From NCBI GenBank assembly GCA_046582655.1, contig JAYGDX010000027.1:64001-128000 (forward strand): a DNA stretch of 64,000 nt, given 5' to 3'. This document shows, one piece after another, positions 10,755-20,028 of this stretch (positions are counted from its first letter, which is position 1; each line of letters starts with the position of its first letter). The position numbers were made by a program, and so were the translations under genes. Below the pieces are notes generated by a model. The model searched no databases and was not told where the DNA came from. It saw nothing but the letters and a program-made list of their open reading frames with translations. The DNA comes from Candidatus Poribacteria bacterium (lineage in GTDB: Bacteria; Poribacteria; WGA-4E; UBA9662).

Positions 10755-11315
10755 TTGGAACCTACCTACATTAGACAGGAAATCACTAGTCTTCGGTTCG
10801 GCCTCTATAAACGTTGCTTAGAACCAGATTTGTTCCATATCTTTAAAAAGCTCACCATTGAACGAAGTGGATACAGAGCAAACTTTTGGATTATCGGCAG
10901 TAGCCATGTTGTCAATATTGAAACAGAGCACACGGAGATGGCGGAAGTGATTACTGCTGATGAAAAAGTTCTGCCATCAACTGGGCAAATCGAATTGATT
11001 CGTAGCTTTGAGAATCGTCATTGCGATTTCCGCGTTGGTAACGAACTCATTTACCAAACAAGTTTCAAAATGATGCGGTACCCAAATGAAGAGTCCTTTC
11101 CTAATAATCCCGGGCTAGACAATGACAAGACACTGTTTCATTTAAGACATAGTTTCCCTAGCTCAGAAATTACAATCGCTGAGCCGGTAACCATAATCGA
11201 TATCCTCAAAGCTGATGAAAACAGATTGGAGCTAAAAACCTTTCATTCCTTTGTCGAAGAACTTACTGTCGTTGCCACCCATTCAACAATCAAGGTAAGA
11301 TCCGAGCATTTATGA
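10755..11315 (+). CDS. DUF2617-like protein
   Basis: WIIGSSHVV, F...PVT.I and LKTFHSF.EE..VV.T.S motifs. Lies immediately before the speE-like gene, as in actinobacterial operons. Confidence 0.6.
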   Translation: MEPTYIRQEITSLRFGLYKRCLEPDLFHIFKKLTIERSGYRANFWIIGSSHVVNIETEHTEMAEVITADEKVLPSTGQIELIRSFENRHCDFRVGNELIYQTSFKMMRYPNEESFPNNPGLDNDKTLFHLRHSFPSSEITIAEPVTIIDILKADENRLELKTFHSFVEELTVVATHSTIKVRSEHL

Positions 11316-12967
11316 CGTTGCAGTTAGAATACAATGAAAATTTCCCTCAAGAATCGGTTAGCCCAACAGAGACTAACAAATGGGCGGCATTTGTTCTGCT
11401 TTTCTCCGTTTGTCTAATAGCGACATGTGCAATCATATATGAACTCATTATCGCTGCGGTATCGTCGTATCTTCTTGGTAACAGCGTATATCAGTTTTCG
11501 GTCACCATTGGACTGTTTATGAGTTCGATGGGATTGGGTTCGTACCTGTCAAGGTACTTCTCACGTTGCTTAGTGAACCGATTCATACTGATTGAAATCG
11601 CTATTGCTCTAATAGGGGGCATATCATCCGCTGCCCTCTTCAACACATATATCTTCTATGAATCAGCTGCGGTCTATCTCGTTGTTATGTTCATTCTGAT
11701 TACGAGTATAGGTACGCTCGTAGGACTAGAGATACCGATTCTGACACGGATTATAGGGCAGTATGATTCACTTCGCGTAACATTATCTAACGTCCTTGCC
11801 TTCGACTATATTGGTGCTTTAATAGGATCTGTTATTTTTCCCTTGATATTATTAAAATATACCGGTCTGGTTCAGAGCGCTTTCATCGTTAGTCTGTTGA
11901 ATGTTTTTGTGGCAGGACTTTTGCTTTTCCAATACTGGAAGAGTGTTGAAGGCAGATACCTTCTGATTTTCGCTACTGTCTTGACGAGCGGTAGTCTCGC
12001 TGTTGCCGCTATGTACTCTACTGATATCGATAACTGGCTTGAAAGCAAGCTGTACCGAGATCATGTTCAACTGTCCAAACAATCGAGATATCAAAAAATC
12101 GTCCTGACAAAACGAGATGGGCAAAAAGATCTATTATCTGCCGATGATACCATTGTAGAACCATCTGGTCTAGAGGTTACTAACCGCAGGAAAGATCTGA
12201 GACTCTTCATTGACGGAAATCTTCAGTTCAGCTCTGTTGATGAATATCGTTATCACGAAGCTTTAGTTCATCCCGCTATGAATTTGGCTGACAAGCGTGC
12301 CAATGTACTGATTCTCGGCGGTGGTGACGGTTTAGCCGCCCGAGAGGTTCTCCGGTATCCAGAGGTAAAAAGAATTGTCTTGATTGATATAGACCCCGAA
12401 ATCACCAAAGTTTGTAGCAGCTATCCTGAGATTGTCGAACTGAATCAAGGGTCACTATTAAACGCTAAAGTTACCGTAATTAACCAAGACGCATACAAAT
12501 TTGTTGAGTGGGGATATCACAATCAAAAGTTTGATGTTGTTATCATTGACCTGCCCGATCCAAATCGCGAATCGTTGTCGAAACTCTACAGTGTTACATT
12601 CTACAGACTGATTGGGAACATACTAAATGCCAAAGGTGTGATTGTCACCCAGAGCACATCACCATTCTTCTCGCGTGATGCTTTCTGGTGCATACATCAT
12701 ACGATAGAAGAAGCCGAACTATATACGTATGCTTACCATTTAGACATACCCTCAATGGGGGATTGGGGATTCAATCTGTCGGCTAAAACCTCGCACGAAA
12801 TTAAGAAAATTCGTCTGTCAGTTGAAACTAACTTTCTGACCAACAGTTTAATTCAAGCGATGTTCCAATTTGGTAAAGATGTTAACGAACTTGAAACTAA
12901 AATCAATTCGCTTCTTAAACCGGTTCTTATGTTCTACTACGAAGACAAAAATTGGCGTTACTATTAG
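11312..12967 (+). CDS. speE: Membrane-bound polyamine aminopropyltransferase (spermidine synthase-like, N-terminal multi-TM domain)
   Basis: About seven N-terminal TM helices (YELIIAAVSSYLLGNSVYQFS), then LFIDGNLQFSSVDEYRYHEALVHP, LILGGGDGLA and DLPDP. Confidence 0.9.
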   Translation: MTLQLEYNENFPQESVSPTETNKWAAFVLLFSVCLIATCAIIYELIIAAVSSYLLGNSVYQFSVTIGLFMSSMGLGSYLSRYFSRCLVNRFILIEIAIALIGGISSAALFNTYIFYESAAVYLVVMFILITSIGTLVGLEIPILTRIIGQYDSLRVTLSNVLAFDYIGALIGSVIFPLILLKYTGLVQSAFIVSLLNVFVAGLLLFQYWKSVEGRYLLIFATVLTSGSLAVAAMYSTDIDNWLESKLYRDHVQLSKQSRYQKIVLTKRDGQKDLLSADDTIVEPSGLEVTNRRKDLRLFIDGNLQFSSVDEYRYHEALVHPAMNLADKRANVLILGGGDGLAAREVLRYPEVKRIVLIDIDPEITKVCSSYPEIVELNQGSLLNAKVTVINQDAYKFVEWGYHNQKFDVVIIDLPDPNRESLSKLYSVTFYRLIGNILNAKGVIVTQSTSPFFSRDAFWCIHHTIEEAELYTYAYHLDIPSMGDWGFNLSAKTSHEIKKIRLSVETNFLTNSLIQAMFQFGKDVNELETKINSLLKPVLMFYYEDKNWRYY

Positions 12968-13039
12968 TTTATCAACAAAGCAACCGTAGTTGTACGGGTA
13001 TATTGAGGAACTTCCACGTAACTGTACACAAGGAGATTA

Positions 13040-13987
13040 ATGATGCCAAGAAATAATGGGCTGAGATTGCAGGCATTTGCAACTACAGGACCGCTGGGAA
13101 GGAAGATAATTCTGGTGATTCAATTTTTCTCTCTTTGTGTTCTTTGGTTTACTGGATGTAGTACTAACATTAAAGATGTTGCCAGTAATCTGGAATTGAT
13201 CAACGGTAAGCCAAGTGAATATCAACAAGCCATAACCGAGTTTGAAAGGGTGATAGAAATTAATCCGGAATCGGAATGGTCACATTACAATTTGGGTCTG
13301 GTCCACTACAACCAAGGTGAATATCAGCAAGCTATTAAACAGTTTGAAAGGGTGATAGAAATTAATCCCAATAACACAGAAGTGCACAACAATCTGGGAC
13401 TAGTCTACCACAACCAAGGTAAGTATCCACAAGCTATTTCTGAATTTGAGAAGGTGAGAGAAATCAATCCCGATAATGCAGAGGCACACAACAATCTGGG
13501 ATTAGCCTACCACAACCAAGGTAAGTATTCACAAGCCATTACTGAATTTGAAGGGGTTTTAAAAACAGATCCCAATAACGTAGGAGCACATAACCATCTA
13601 GGTTTAGTCTACTACAGCCAAGGCAAGTACCAACAAGCTATTTCTGAATTTGAAAAAGTTATAAGACTTGATCCCAATAACGTAGAGGCGCACAACCATC
13701 TAGGACTGGTACATTACAATCGTGGTGAGTATCCACAAGCTATTGCTGAATTCGAAAGGGTAATAAGAATAACTCCCAATAACACAGAAATATACAGTAA
13801 TTTAGGGTTGGTCTATTATAATCAGGGTAAGTATCCACAAGCTATTTCTGAATTTGAGAAGGTTATAAGACTCGATCCCAATAACGCAATGGCCTATTAC
13901 AACTTAGGGTTGGTTTATAAAGAACAAGGCAAAATCACAGAGTCAGAAGCGGAATTCAAGAAAGCAAAAGACATGGTCACAGAATAG
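13040..13987 (+). CDS. TPR-repeat protein, probable lipoprotein
   Basis: About seven 34-aa repeats (AHNNLGLVY.NQGKY.QAI.EFE.V...P.N), visible as ~102-bp DNA repeats. Lipobox-like FTG-C. Confidence 0.88.
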   Translation: MMPRNNGLRLQAFATTGPLGRKIILVIQFFSLCVLWFTGCSTNIKDVASNLELINGKPSEYQQAITEFERVIEINPESEWSHYNLGLVHYNQGEYQQAIKQFERVIEINPNNTEVHNNLGLVYHNQGKYPQAISEFEKVREINPDNAEAHNNLGLAYHNQGKYSQAITEFEGVLKTDPNNVGAHNHLGLVYYSQGKYQQAISEFEKVIRLDPNNVEAHNHLGLVHYNRGEYPQAIAEFERVIRITPNNTEIYSNLGLVYYNQGKYPQAISEFEKVIRLDPNNAMAYYNLGLVYKEQGKITESEAEFKKAKDMVTE

Positions 13988-14115
13988 GAAAAAAGTTGCT
14001 CATTACCTATGATTACTCTGCTATCCACGCTTGGGTATGGTCAAACAGATTTCAATCTGTTTCAAAATTTAACACTCGCCAATTGCATAAGAGCCTTAAC
14101 TTTCGTAAAAGCTGA

Positions 14116-16293
14116 CTACTTTAGGATAATCATTTTCTGCGCAAATACAGATCTATCCGTTTTCAAAGTATAGAAATATGTTCCGCTGGCTACTTTTTCA
14201 CCAGCATCAGTCTTGCCATCCCAATAGATAGCTTCTGACTGACTAACATAACTCCCTGCATCAACATAACCCACGTTTATGCTTCTAACAGGATTTCCCA
14301 CCACATCATAGATAGTTAGCTTGACTTCGGAATCCTGATTCAGTTCAAATGGTATCCAAGTTTCAGGGTTAAAAGGATTGGGGTAGTTCTGTAGTAATTG
14401 CGTATGTACCGGGAAACTATCAGGAAGGATAGTCTTTAACAAATTTAGTGCCAGTTCCTCTATTTTCGAGCGGTTTGGTTTCCTCCCTAATTCCATGATG
14501 GCGGATTGAATGTTCTGATTCTGCTGATTGGAGAAAACCAGTTCCTTAGATAATGATAGTGCTGGTGCTGCCAGTGTCCGGCCAAAGTTACTGGCGACCG
14601 TCACTAGATCAAAGATGTTGACCTGATTATCACCAGTGACGTCTCCTGATAGATTCGCTCCATCTTGACCAAATTGACTGGCAACCGTTACCAGATCAAG
14701 GATGTCGACAGTACCATCGTCGTTGATATCTCCAACTAGCACTGGACCAGCCTGTGCGGAAATCATGGTCTCTGAACTGAGTCTGGCAGAGACCTTAGCT
14801 TGATACCGAATTCTTTCTCTGGGGCGAATTGCTCTGGTACTGATTATGGTGATACTGACACTGGTACCTAGCGTCTCTGGAATGCGGACTTTTCCGGCAA
14901 AATCGCCGATAATTTCCCCTTCAAGGTTTTCGATTTTGCTGTCAACTGATAGCATATATAACGTTGGAGTGTTGACACTCAGGTTCCGCATGATTGTGAC
15001 TGGATCTAAGGGGATGGTCGGCGAACCAATTAATTGGGTAGAGCTTTTTACTTTTCCAATATAGGTTTCTTTCACGACGTATTCGCCTATCGGAAGGTTG
15101 AAAATAAAAGGGCCGTCTTGGATCTTGCCACTATTAGACTTGAACGACTTACTCATATCAGTTCCATCAATGGAGATGGTTGTGACTATGTCAATAATAT
15201 CGAAAACGATTTTGATAGGTATTCCAGCACCAATCCCAATAGGCGCTACAAATTCTCCAGCGCCATTACCTTTGATATTTTGGGTTACCACCTCGTTGGC
15301 CCCAACGAATGGTTCGACGGTCCACCCAATATCTTCTAGCATACCTCGGACAATAGGTCCAATATCATGAGTCGATTCCTGCATATTCTGATCCGGTGTC
15401 ATTAAAGTATTGATATCTCCCGGCGGATAAGTGGTTTCGTCCAAGTGAGAATAGCTTGCTCCTTCCTCCCACTGTATGGGAGCATAGAGTTTGGGCCAGT
15501 TTCCTTCGTATGCGACTTTACCAGATGATCCATTCCAAAACAGTTTGTCACTGGTCATCTGTTTCCCTAGAGCGACTGAAGGATCGTTAAAACTGGTGAT
15601 CGCCTTGCCAGAACTATTGACCACAGACAGATCATAAATGCCGGAAAACCCTTCGTTTCTAACCGAACCTTCTTTAGTAAAAGTGTCGTAACTTTCTTCG
15701 CCAATAAAACCGATGCCGTGAATCAGTTCATGAAGCACCAGAGTGACAAAGTCAAATCTGTTGGCGGACGTGTTTCCATCCGTGCCAAAATAGAAATCTA
15801 TATTACTATTGAACTCAGCAAGAATATCAGGTTGATCCGGATTTTGATCTATTCCTGACAGCTTATCAGCCATAGCGTCGGAATACCAGACATCCGGCTT
15901 TCCATGATTAAAATTTTTGTGGACCTTGATTGAACCTGACGATCCCAATGTGTCACCGTTAATCGGTTGAAACACGGCATCAACCCTGATCTCAACATCC
16001 GATGCAATTTCTATCTTTAAGAGATCTACCGCGTATTGGAAAGCGACTTTGGCTGTCGGGTTTTGATTAAATCCGTCATCATAGGTAACGGTGATGTTTG
16101 CAGTGCCTAAATCAACTTGTCTATTCCTAAAGTATAATGGCGGAGGAACTCTGGCATCAGTGTTTCGATTAATACCCTTTCTATAATGCTTGGTACTTGG
16201 TTGTCTTTGGTTTTGACTGCTAACATCAAAGGTAATCAAAAAAAGACAAAATAGTACAACGCATGAAATAAAGCGACTTCTTAGAGACTTCAT
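14116..16293 (-). CDS. Secreted zinc metallopeptidase-like protein with a dockerin type I domain and a C-terminal FlgD-Ig/T9SS-like sorting domain
   Basis: Signal peptide, HELIHGIGF, SHLDE...LMTP, dockerin GDINDDGTVDILDL and GDVTGDNQVNIFDL, and C-terminal LLQNYPNPFNPETWIPF...WDGK...SGTYFY. Confidence 0.8.
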   Translation of the reverse strand: MKSLRSRFISCVVLFCLFLITFDVSSQNQRQPSTKHYRKGINRNTDARVPPPLYFRNRQVDLGTANITVTYDDGFNQNPTAKVAFQYAVDLLKIEIASDVEIRVDAVFQPINGDTLGSSGSIKVHKNFNHGKPDVWYSDAMADKLSGIDQNPDQPDILAEFNSNIDFYFGTDGNTSANRFDFVTLVLHELIHGIGFIGEESYDTFTKEGSVRNEGFSGIYDLSVVNSSGKAITSFNDPSVALGKQMTSDKLFWNGSSGKVAYEGNWPKLYAPIQWEEGASYSHLDETTYPPGDINTLMTPDQNMQESTHDIGPIVRGMLEDIGWTVEPFVGANEVVTQNIKGNGAGEFVAPIGIGAGIPIKIVFDIIDIVTTISIDGTDMSKSFKSNSGKIQDGPFIFNLPIGEYVVKETYIGKVKSSTQLIGSPTIPLDPVTIMRNLSVNTPTLYMLSVDSKIENLEGEIIGDFAGKVRIPETLGTSVSITIISTRAIRPRERIRYQAKVSARLSSETMISAQAGPVLVGDINDDGTVDILDLVTVASQFGQDGANLSGDVTGDNQVNIFDLVTVASNFGRTLAAPALSLSKELVFSNQQNQNIQSAIMELGRKPNRSKIEELALNLLKTILPDSFPVHTQLLQNYPNPFNPETWIPFELNQDSEVKLTIYDVVGNPVRSINVGYVDAGSYVSQSEAIYWDGKTDAGEKVASGTYFYTLKTDRSVFAQKMIILK

Positions 16294-16793
16294 ATGGTGA
16301 TGTCCTTTAATTAAACCACGTTCTTAAAATAAACATAAATACAGATACCTAAAACTGGCATGCGTAATAGTGAGTAACGAGAATAATTACGGAATATTTC
16401 TTTTACTGAGGCAACCGACCAATTTGATTGACTAGCTCATTAGCATTGTAATTTTCTGATTCGCCAATCCTTCCCTAAAGAAATGGCTAGTCGCTTGATA
16501 GTACCAGCATCAATTTGCCCGACAACCTGAAATCTGAAGAGTGGGCTAGAAAAATTCACGCATCCCACTTTTTTGACGAGTAAAAGCATGTTAGCAAGCT
16601 TGTAATAGGCTCGCGTATAAATAAAGCTAGTATCCACTTCAGTATAATTAAACAGTATGCCTTCCACCTGTTTGCATAAATTCTATTTTCTTTCTGCTGT
16701 AATATCGTCGCTGTTTTTTTGTCGTTCAATTGGTTGCTGGTTGACTTTGCAACACGTTCAACATTTATAGCAGTTAACTTAAAGGAAACTACC

Positions 16794-16966
16794 TCTCAAA
16801 CCCTGCCTAAACGGTGGATAATAGAGAGCACCTTTTCTTGGTTGGGGCGGTATTGATGCTTAGACCAAGATTATGAGCGCAAAAGTCAGCACTCGGAGAA
16901 CATTATCTATATTGCTATGATTCAATTGATGTCGAAGCGAATCTAATCTCTTTCAAACAGGTTCTA
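16794..16966 (+). mobile_element. IS5-family (IS1031-like) 3' remnant
   Basis: Translates LPKRWIIESTFSWLGRY*CL.QDYER...SENIIYIAMIQLM, followed by an IR-like TTTCAAACAGGTTC-TA. Confidence 0.75.
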
Positions 16967-17271
16967 AGAATGTCAACGACACGATCTAAAAAAAACAAGC
17001 TTGATAAACTAGTTTTCACAGTTGTCATTTTAGCAACATTCCCAAGTTTTGTTTGCCGTTTACTTATTTTACGACCTTCTAGTCTGGAACCGTATCCAAT
17101 TCCAAATTTTGATTAAAAAATTGCTTGAAATTAGTATATCATGTCTCTTCCCTTGGCCGATGCTGATTACCCAAATTAATGTCATTATGTACCTGAATTT
17201 GAAAATCCTTGATTGATTCGGTAATTCGTGTTATTTTTAGACCCACTAACAAAATGGAGAATTAAGATACT

Positions 17272-18039
17272 GTGCATTTGTCAAAGGAAGCAGTTGAAGA
17301 GTTTCAATGTCAGGGCTATCTTAAGATTGACCACCAATTGATAGAAAATGATCATTTGGAGATTTTACGGCGACAATATGATCAAGTTTTTGCTGAACAT
17401 AGGAATACCGATGGTCAGGGATTACGCAATCTGGCGGTTACAGAAGGCACGGAACCACAAAGGCAGACAGAAATGCTACAAATCATGGAGATGTGGCAAA
17501 AGGATGAACAGTTCTATAAACTGCTGTTCCACCAGTCACTGTTAGACATTGCTGAAAGTCTGATCGGAAAAAACATTCAACTCTTCCATGATCAAGCATT
17601 ATATAAACCAGCACATATTGGCGGAGAAGTCCCGTGGCATCAAGACAACGGTTATTGGCGTTGCTTTCCTCCAAATTTAGTTAGCATTTGGATTGCCCTA
17701 GACGATGTAGATGAAGAAAACGGCTGTATGAATGTGATTCCAAAAAGTTACGCAAAAGGCGGGATCGACCACACTCGAGCCAAATCAGAAGAAAAAGAAC
17801 TGCCGGCACTATTAATGGCCAGCATTGATGATGATCAAGCCGTGTCCGTGCCGTTGTTAGCTGGACATGGAATGGTTCATCATTGTTTAACTTTACATCA
17901 GACCAATCCCAATAATTCTAGCCGTGATCGTCGAGCCATGGTTATTCATTACATGCTGGTAGGAACACAAAATTCAAAAGGGGAAATTTTAGCCGACAAC
18001 CTCCTGTTAAGAGGTGTGAATCATTTGAATGCGGAGTAG
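17272..18039 (+). CDS. Phytanoyl-CoA dioxygenase (PhyH) family Fe(II)/2OG oxygenase
   Basis: PWHQDNGYW, WIALDD..EENGC, HHCLTLH and RRA. Confidence 0.9.
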   Translation: MHLSKEAVEEFQCQGYLKIDHQLIENDHLEILRRQYDQVFAEHRNTDGQGLRNLAVTEGTEPQRQTEMLQIMEMWQKDEQFYKLLFHQSLLDIAESLIGKNIQLFHDQALYKPAHIGGEVPWHQDNGYWRCFPPNLVSIWIALDDVDEENGCMNVIPKSYAKGGIDHTRAKSEEKELPALLMASIDDDQAVSVPLLAGHGMVHHCLTLHQTNPNNSSRDRRAMVIHYMLVGTQNSKGEILADNLLLRGVNHLNAE

Positions 18040-18101
18040 GTTCCTAAAAACGTTCTTGATCTCGCTATAGATTCAGATTGGATGAATAGAAAGGATCTGT
18101 A

Positions 18102-18926
18102 ATGCCAATTACAAGCGCCTTGCCGGATATGGAAAGGGAACTCAGGTTTTTTCCTGTCGGAAGTCAGAATCCCAAGAAATTAACGGCAGCGCAAATTCAG
18201 CATTTCAACCAAAAAGGGTATCTTTTTCCGCTTGACGTTTTTACTCCGGAAGAAGCGGGGAAAAACCGGAAATATTTTGATCAACTGATGGAAAAAGCAG
18301 TTCAAGCGGGCCACAATAGCTATTCAATTAATGGATGGCATCGGCACTGTCACGGTATTTATGATCTCTGTTACGACGATCGCATATTAGATTACATGAC
18401 CGATCTGTTAGGAGAAAATCTCATCTGCACTATGACCCACTATTTTAGCAAAGAACCATCTGATGGAAAAAGAGTCAACTGGCATCAAGATGCATCGTAT
18501 TGGCCGTTAACACCAAGTAAGGTCATTACTGTCTGGTTGGCCATTGATGACGTGGACAAAGATAACGCACCCATGCAGTTCATTCCTGGGTCACATTTGC
18601 ATGGTCAGATCCCTTTTGAACATAGCAAACCAGAAGAAAATAGTGTGCTGGGTCAATCAGTACACAACTCGGAGGAATACGGAAAACCGGTTTCTGTAAT
18701 CATGAAAGCGGGTCAGATTTCAATCCATTCTGACCTGTTGTTACACGGATCGGAACCCAATATGTCTGGCCGGCGTCGCTGTGGGTTAACCATGCGTTAT
18801 AATCCGCCAGATGTTCGAGGTTGGGATGCCAGGCGGGCAGAAGGTATTATCTGCCGCGGTTCCGACCCTGACGGGTACTGGCAACTACTTCCAAGACCCG
18901 ACGGGGATCACTTGCCAACGTGTTAA
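18102..18926 (+). CDS. Phytanoyl-CoA dioxygenase (PhyH) family Fe(II)/2OG oxygenase
   Basis: WHQDASYWP, WLAIDD, PGSH and LLHGSEPN..RRCG. Confidence 0.9.
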   Translation: MPITSALPDMERELRFFPVGSQNPKKLTAAQIQHFNQKGYLFPLDVFTPEEAGKNRKYFDQLMEKAVQAGHNSYSINGWHRHCHGIYDLCYDDRILDYMTDLLGENLICTMTHYFSKEPSDGKRVNWHQDASYWPLTPSKVITVWLAIDDVDKDNAPMQFIPGSHLHGQIPFEHSKPEENSVLGQSVHNSEEYGKPVSVIMKAGQISIHSDLLLHGSEPNMSGRRRCGLTMRYNPPDVRGWDARRAEGIICRGSDPDGYWQLLPRPDGDHLPTC

Positions 18927-18947
18927 GGCAAACCTAGTGAATAAAAA

Positions 18948-19604
18948 CTAGATTGAAAACTTACCGACAAAGATATTGTTAATTGATTGACCAATTTTCC
19001 ATTTAACAGACAGTGATTTATCCTGATAACAGTAGACTGTTGATTTGCCAATGGCGGTGTTGTTAATTTTTGACAGAGGTGAGTACCAAATTTGATGTGG
19101 TTGTGTGCAGTCATGACAGGGGAACGTTGTAGCTGATAACGATAATACTTTTCCGATTGCGACGTCATAAACGAGGCCATTTTTTTGGAAATTGATTGTA
19201 GCTACTTTAGTTTCAATTAGCTGCCCCAGTGTTTTTATGTAGTTTTTTTTGATCAAATCAATGAGCGTTTCCTGCTGAAGCTGATTTGCCTTGTTACTGA
19301 TGTAAAGTACACTGCGTCGGGTTTCCAAATCTATATCGAGATTGTTCTGCGCACTGACAACTGCGACAACGGTCAATCCTTGTAGTGAAACACCTTTCCA
19401 CGTTCCTTGGCTAATGTTCCATACTATAGTCGCTTCTTTTCCACCCTCAATATATTCCGATCCAAAGTGACATGCGCCGACGTAAACACTTACCGATCTT
19501 GCTTCCAGGTATTCGCCGGTGATAGAATCACTGCCTATGGCAACAGTAAATAAACCAACAATTAAGAATAAAGCAAATATGGAAATAGCACGACTTTTTA
19601 TCAT
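18948..19604 (-). CDS. DUF1326-like exported protein
   Basis: Probable ATG at 19604 (AGGAG RBS), signal peptide, GEYLEARS..VYVGACHFGSE and G.WKGVSL.GL.VVAVV. Confidence 0.7.
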   Translation of the reverse strand: MIKSRAISIFALFLIVGLFTVAIGSDSITGEYLEARSVSVYVGACHFGSEYIEGGKEATIVWNISQGTWKGVSLQGLTVVAVVSAQNNLDIDLETRRSVLYISNKANQLQQETLIDLIKKNYIKTLGQLIETKVATINFQKNGLVYDVAIGKVLSLSATTFPCHDCTQPHQIWYSPLSKINNTAIGKSTVYCYQDKSLSVKWKIGQSINNIFVGKFSI

Positions 19605-19740
19605 TGTTGCGGTCTCCTTGATTTGGGTTGAAATGTAAATGCTATTTTGAGCCAATTCCATTAGAGTTGTAACCACCAAAGATCTGATTAACAATGTAAT
19701 GAACTGATTCTGAACCATTTGTGTATTCGGCGAATTTAAC

Positions 19741-20028
19741 TTAAGACTTTATATTTTCAGTCCGGTCGATTTCAGCCAAAATTCCACCGCCAATCCCTTC
19801 AAAGCAGTGGCGTGATTTTCTGCAACCATCTGGTGAAACAAAATCGTCATCTGGTCCAACAGCTGTCATGGTACAGTTGCACCAGTAGTATGAATCAGGA
19901 TTGGTTTCAATTAGGTTCTTTAAACTTCCACCCGGAATATAGAGTGCTTTTGTACGAAGATTTTGGCAGACCGGATGGTGAAGAGATAATAATTTCTTGT
20001 CTTCCATTTTGTTGTTAAGTCCTTTCAA
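19741..20028 (-). CDS. Small Cys-rich protein coupled to the molybdoenzyme operon
   Basis: C.NLRTK..Y...YWC.CT...GPDD.....C...R.CF. The annotated start overlaps the stop of the FAD subunit; an alternative ATG lies at 20007. Confidence 0.7.
   Translation of the reverse strand: MKGLNNKMEDKKLLSLHHPVCQNLRTKALYIPGGSLKNLIETNPDSYYWCNCTMTAVGPDDDFVSPDGCRKSRHCFEGIGGGILAEIDRTENIKS

Noticed and set aside
10553..10774. Similar short ORFs at 10553 and 26065 (…NFCFFDLC.RS)
   Set aside because: The similarity comes from the MITE right end, not from a protein family.
13200..13930. Regularly spaced DNA repeats resembling a CRISPR array
   Set aside because: They are in-frame 102-bp TPR coding repeats with no unique spacers or cas genes. 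The same applies to 50.2-51.0 kb.
16300..16790. Short ORF 16440-16667 and surrounding AT-rich DNA
   Set aside because: No recognisable motif or RBS. Probably a decayed remnant next to the IS fragment.
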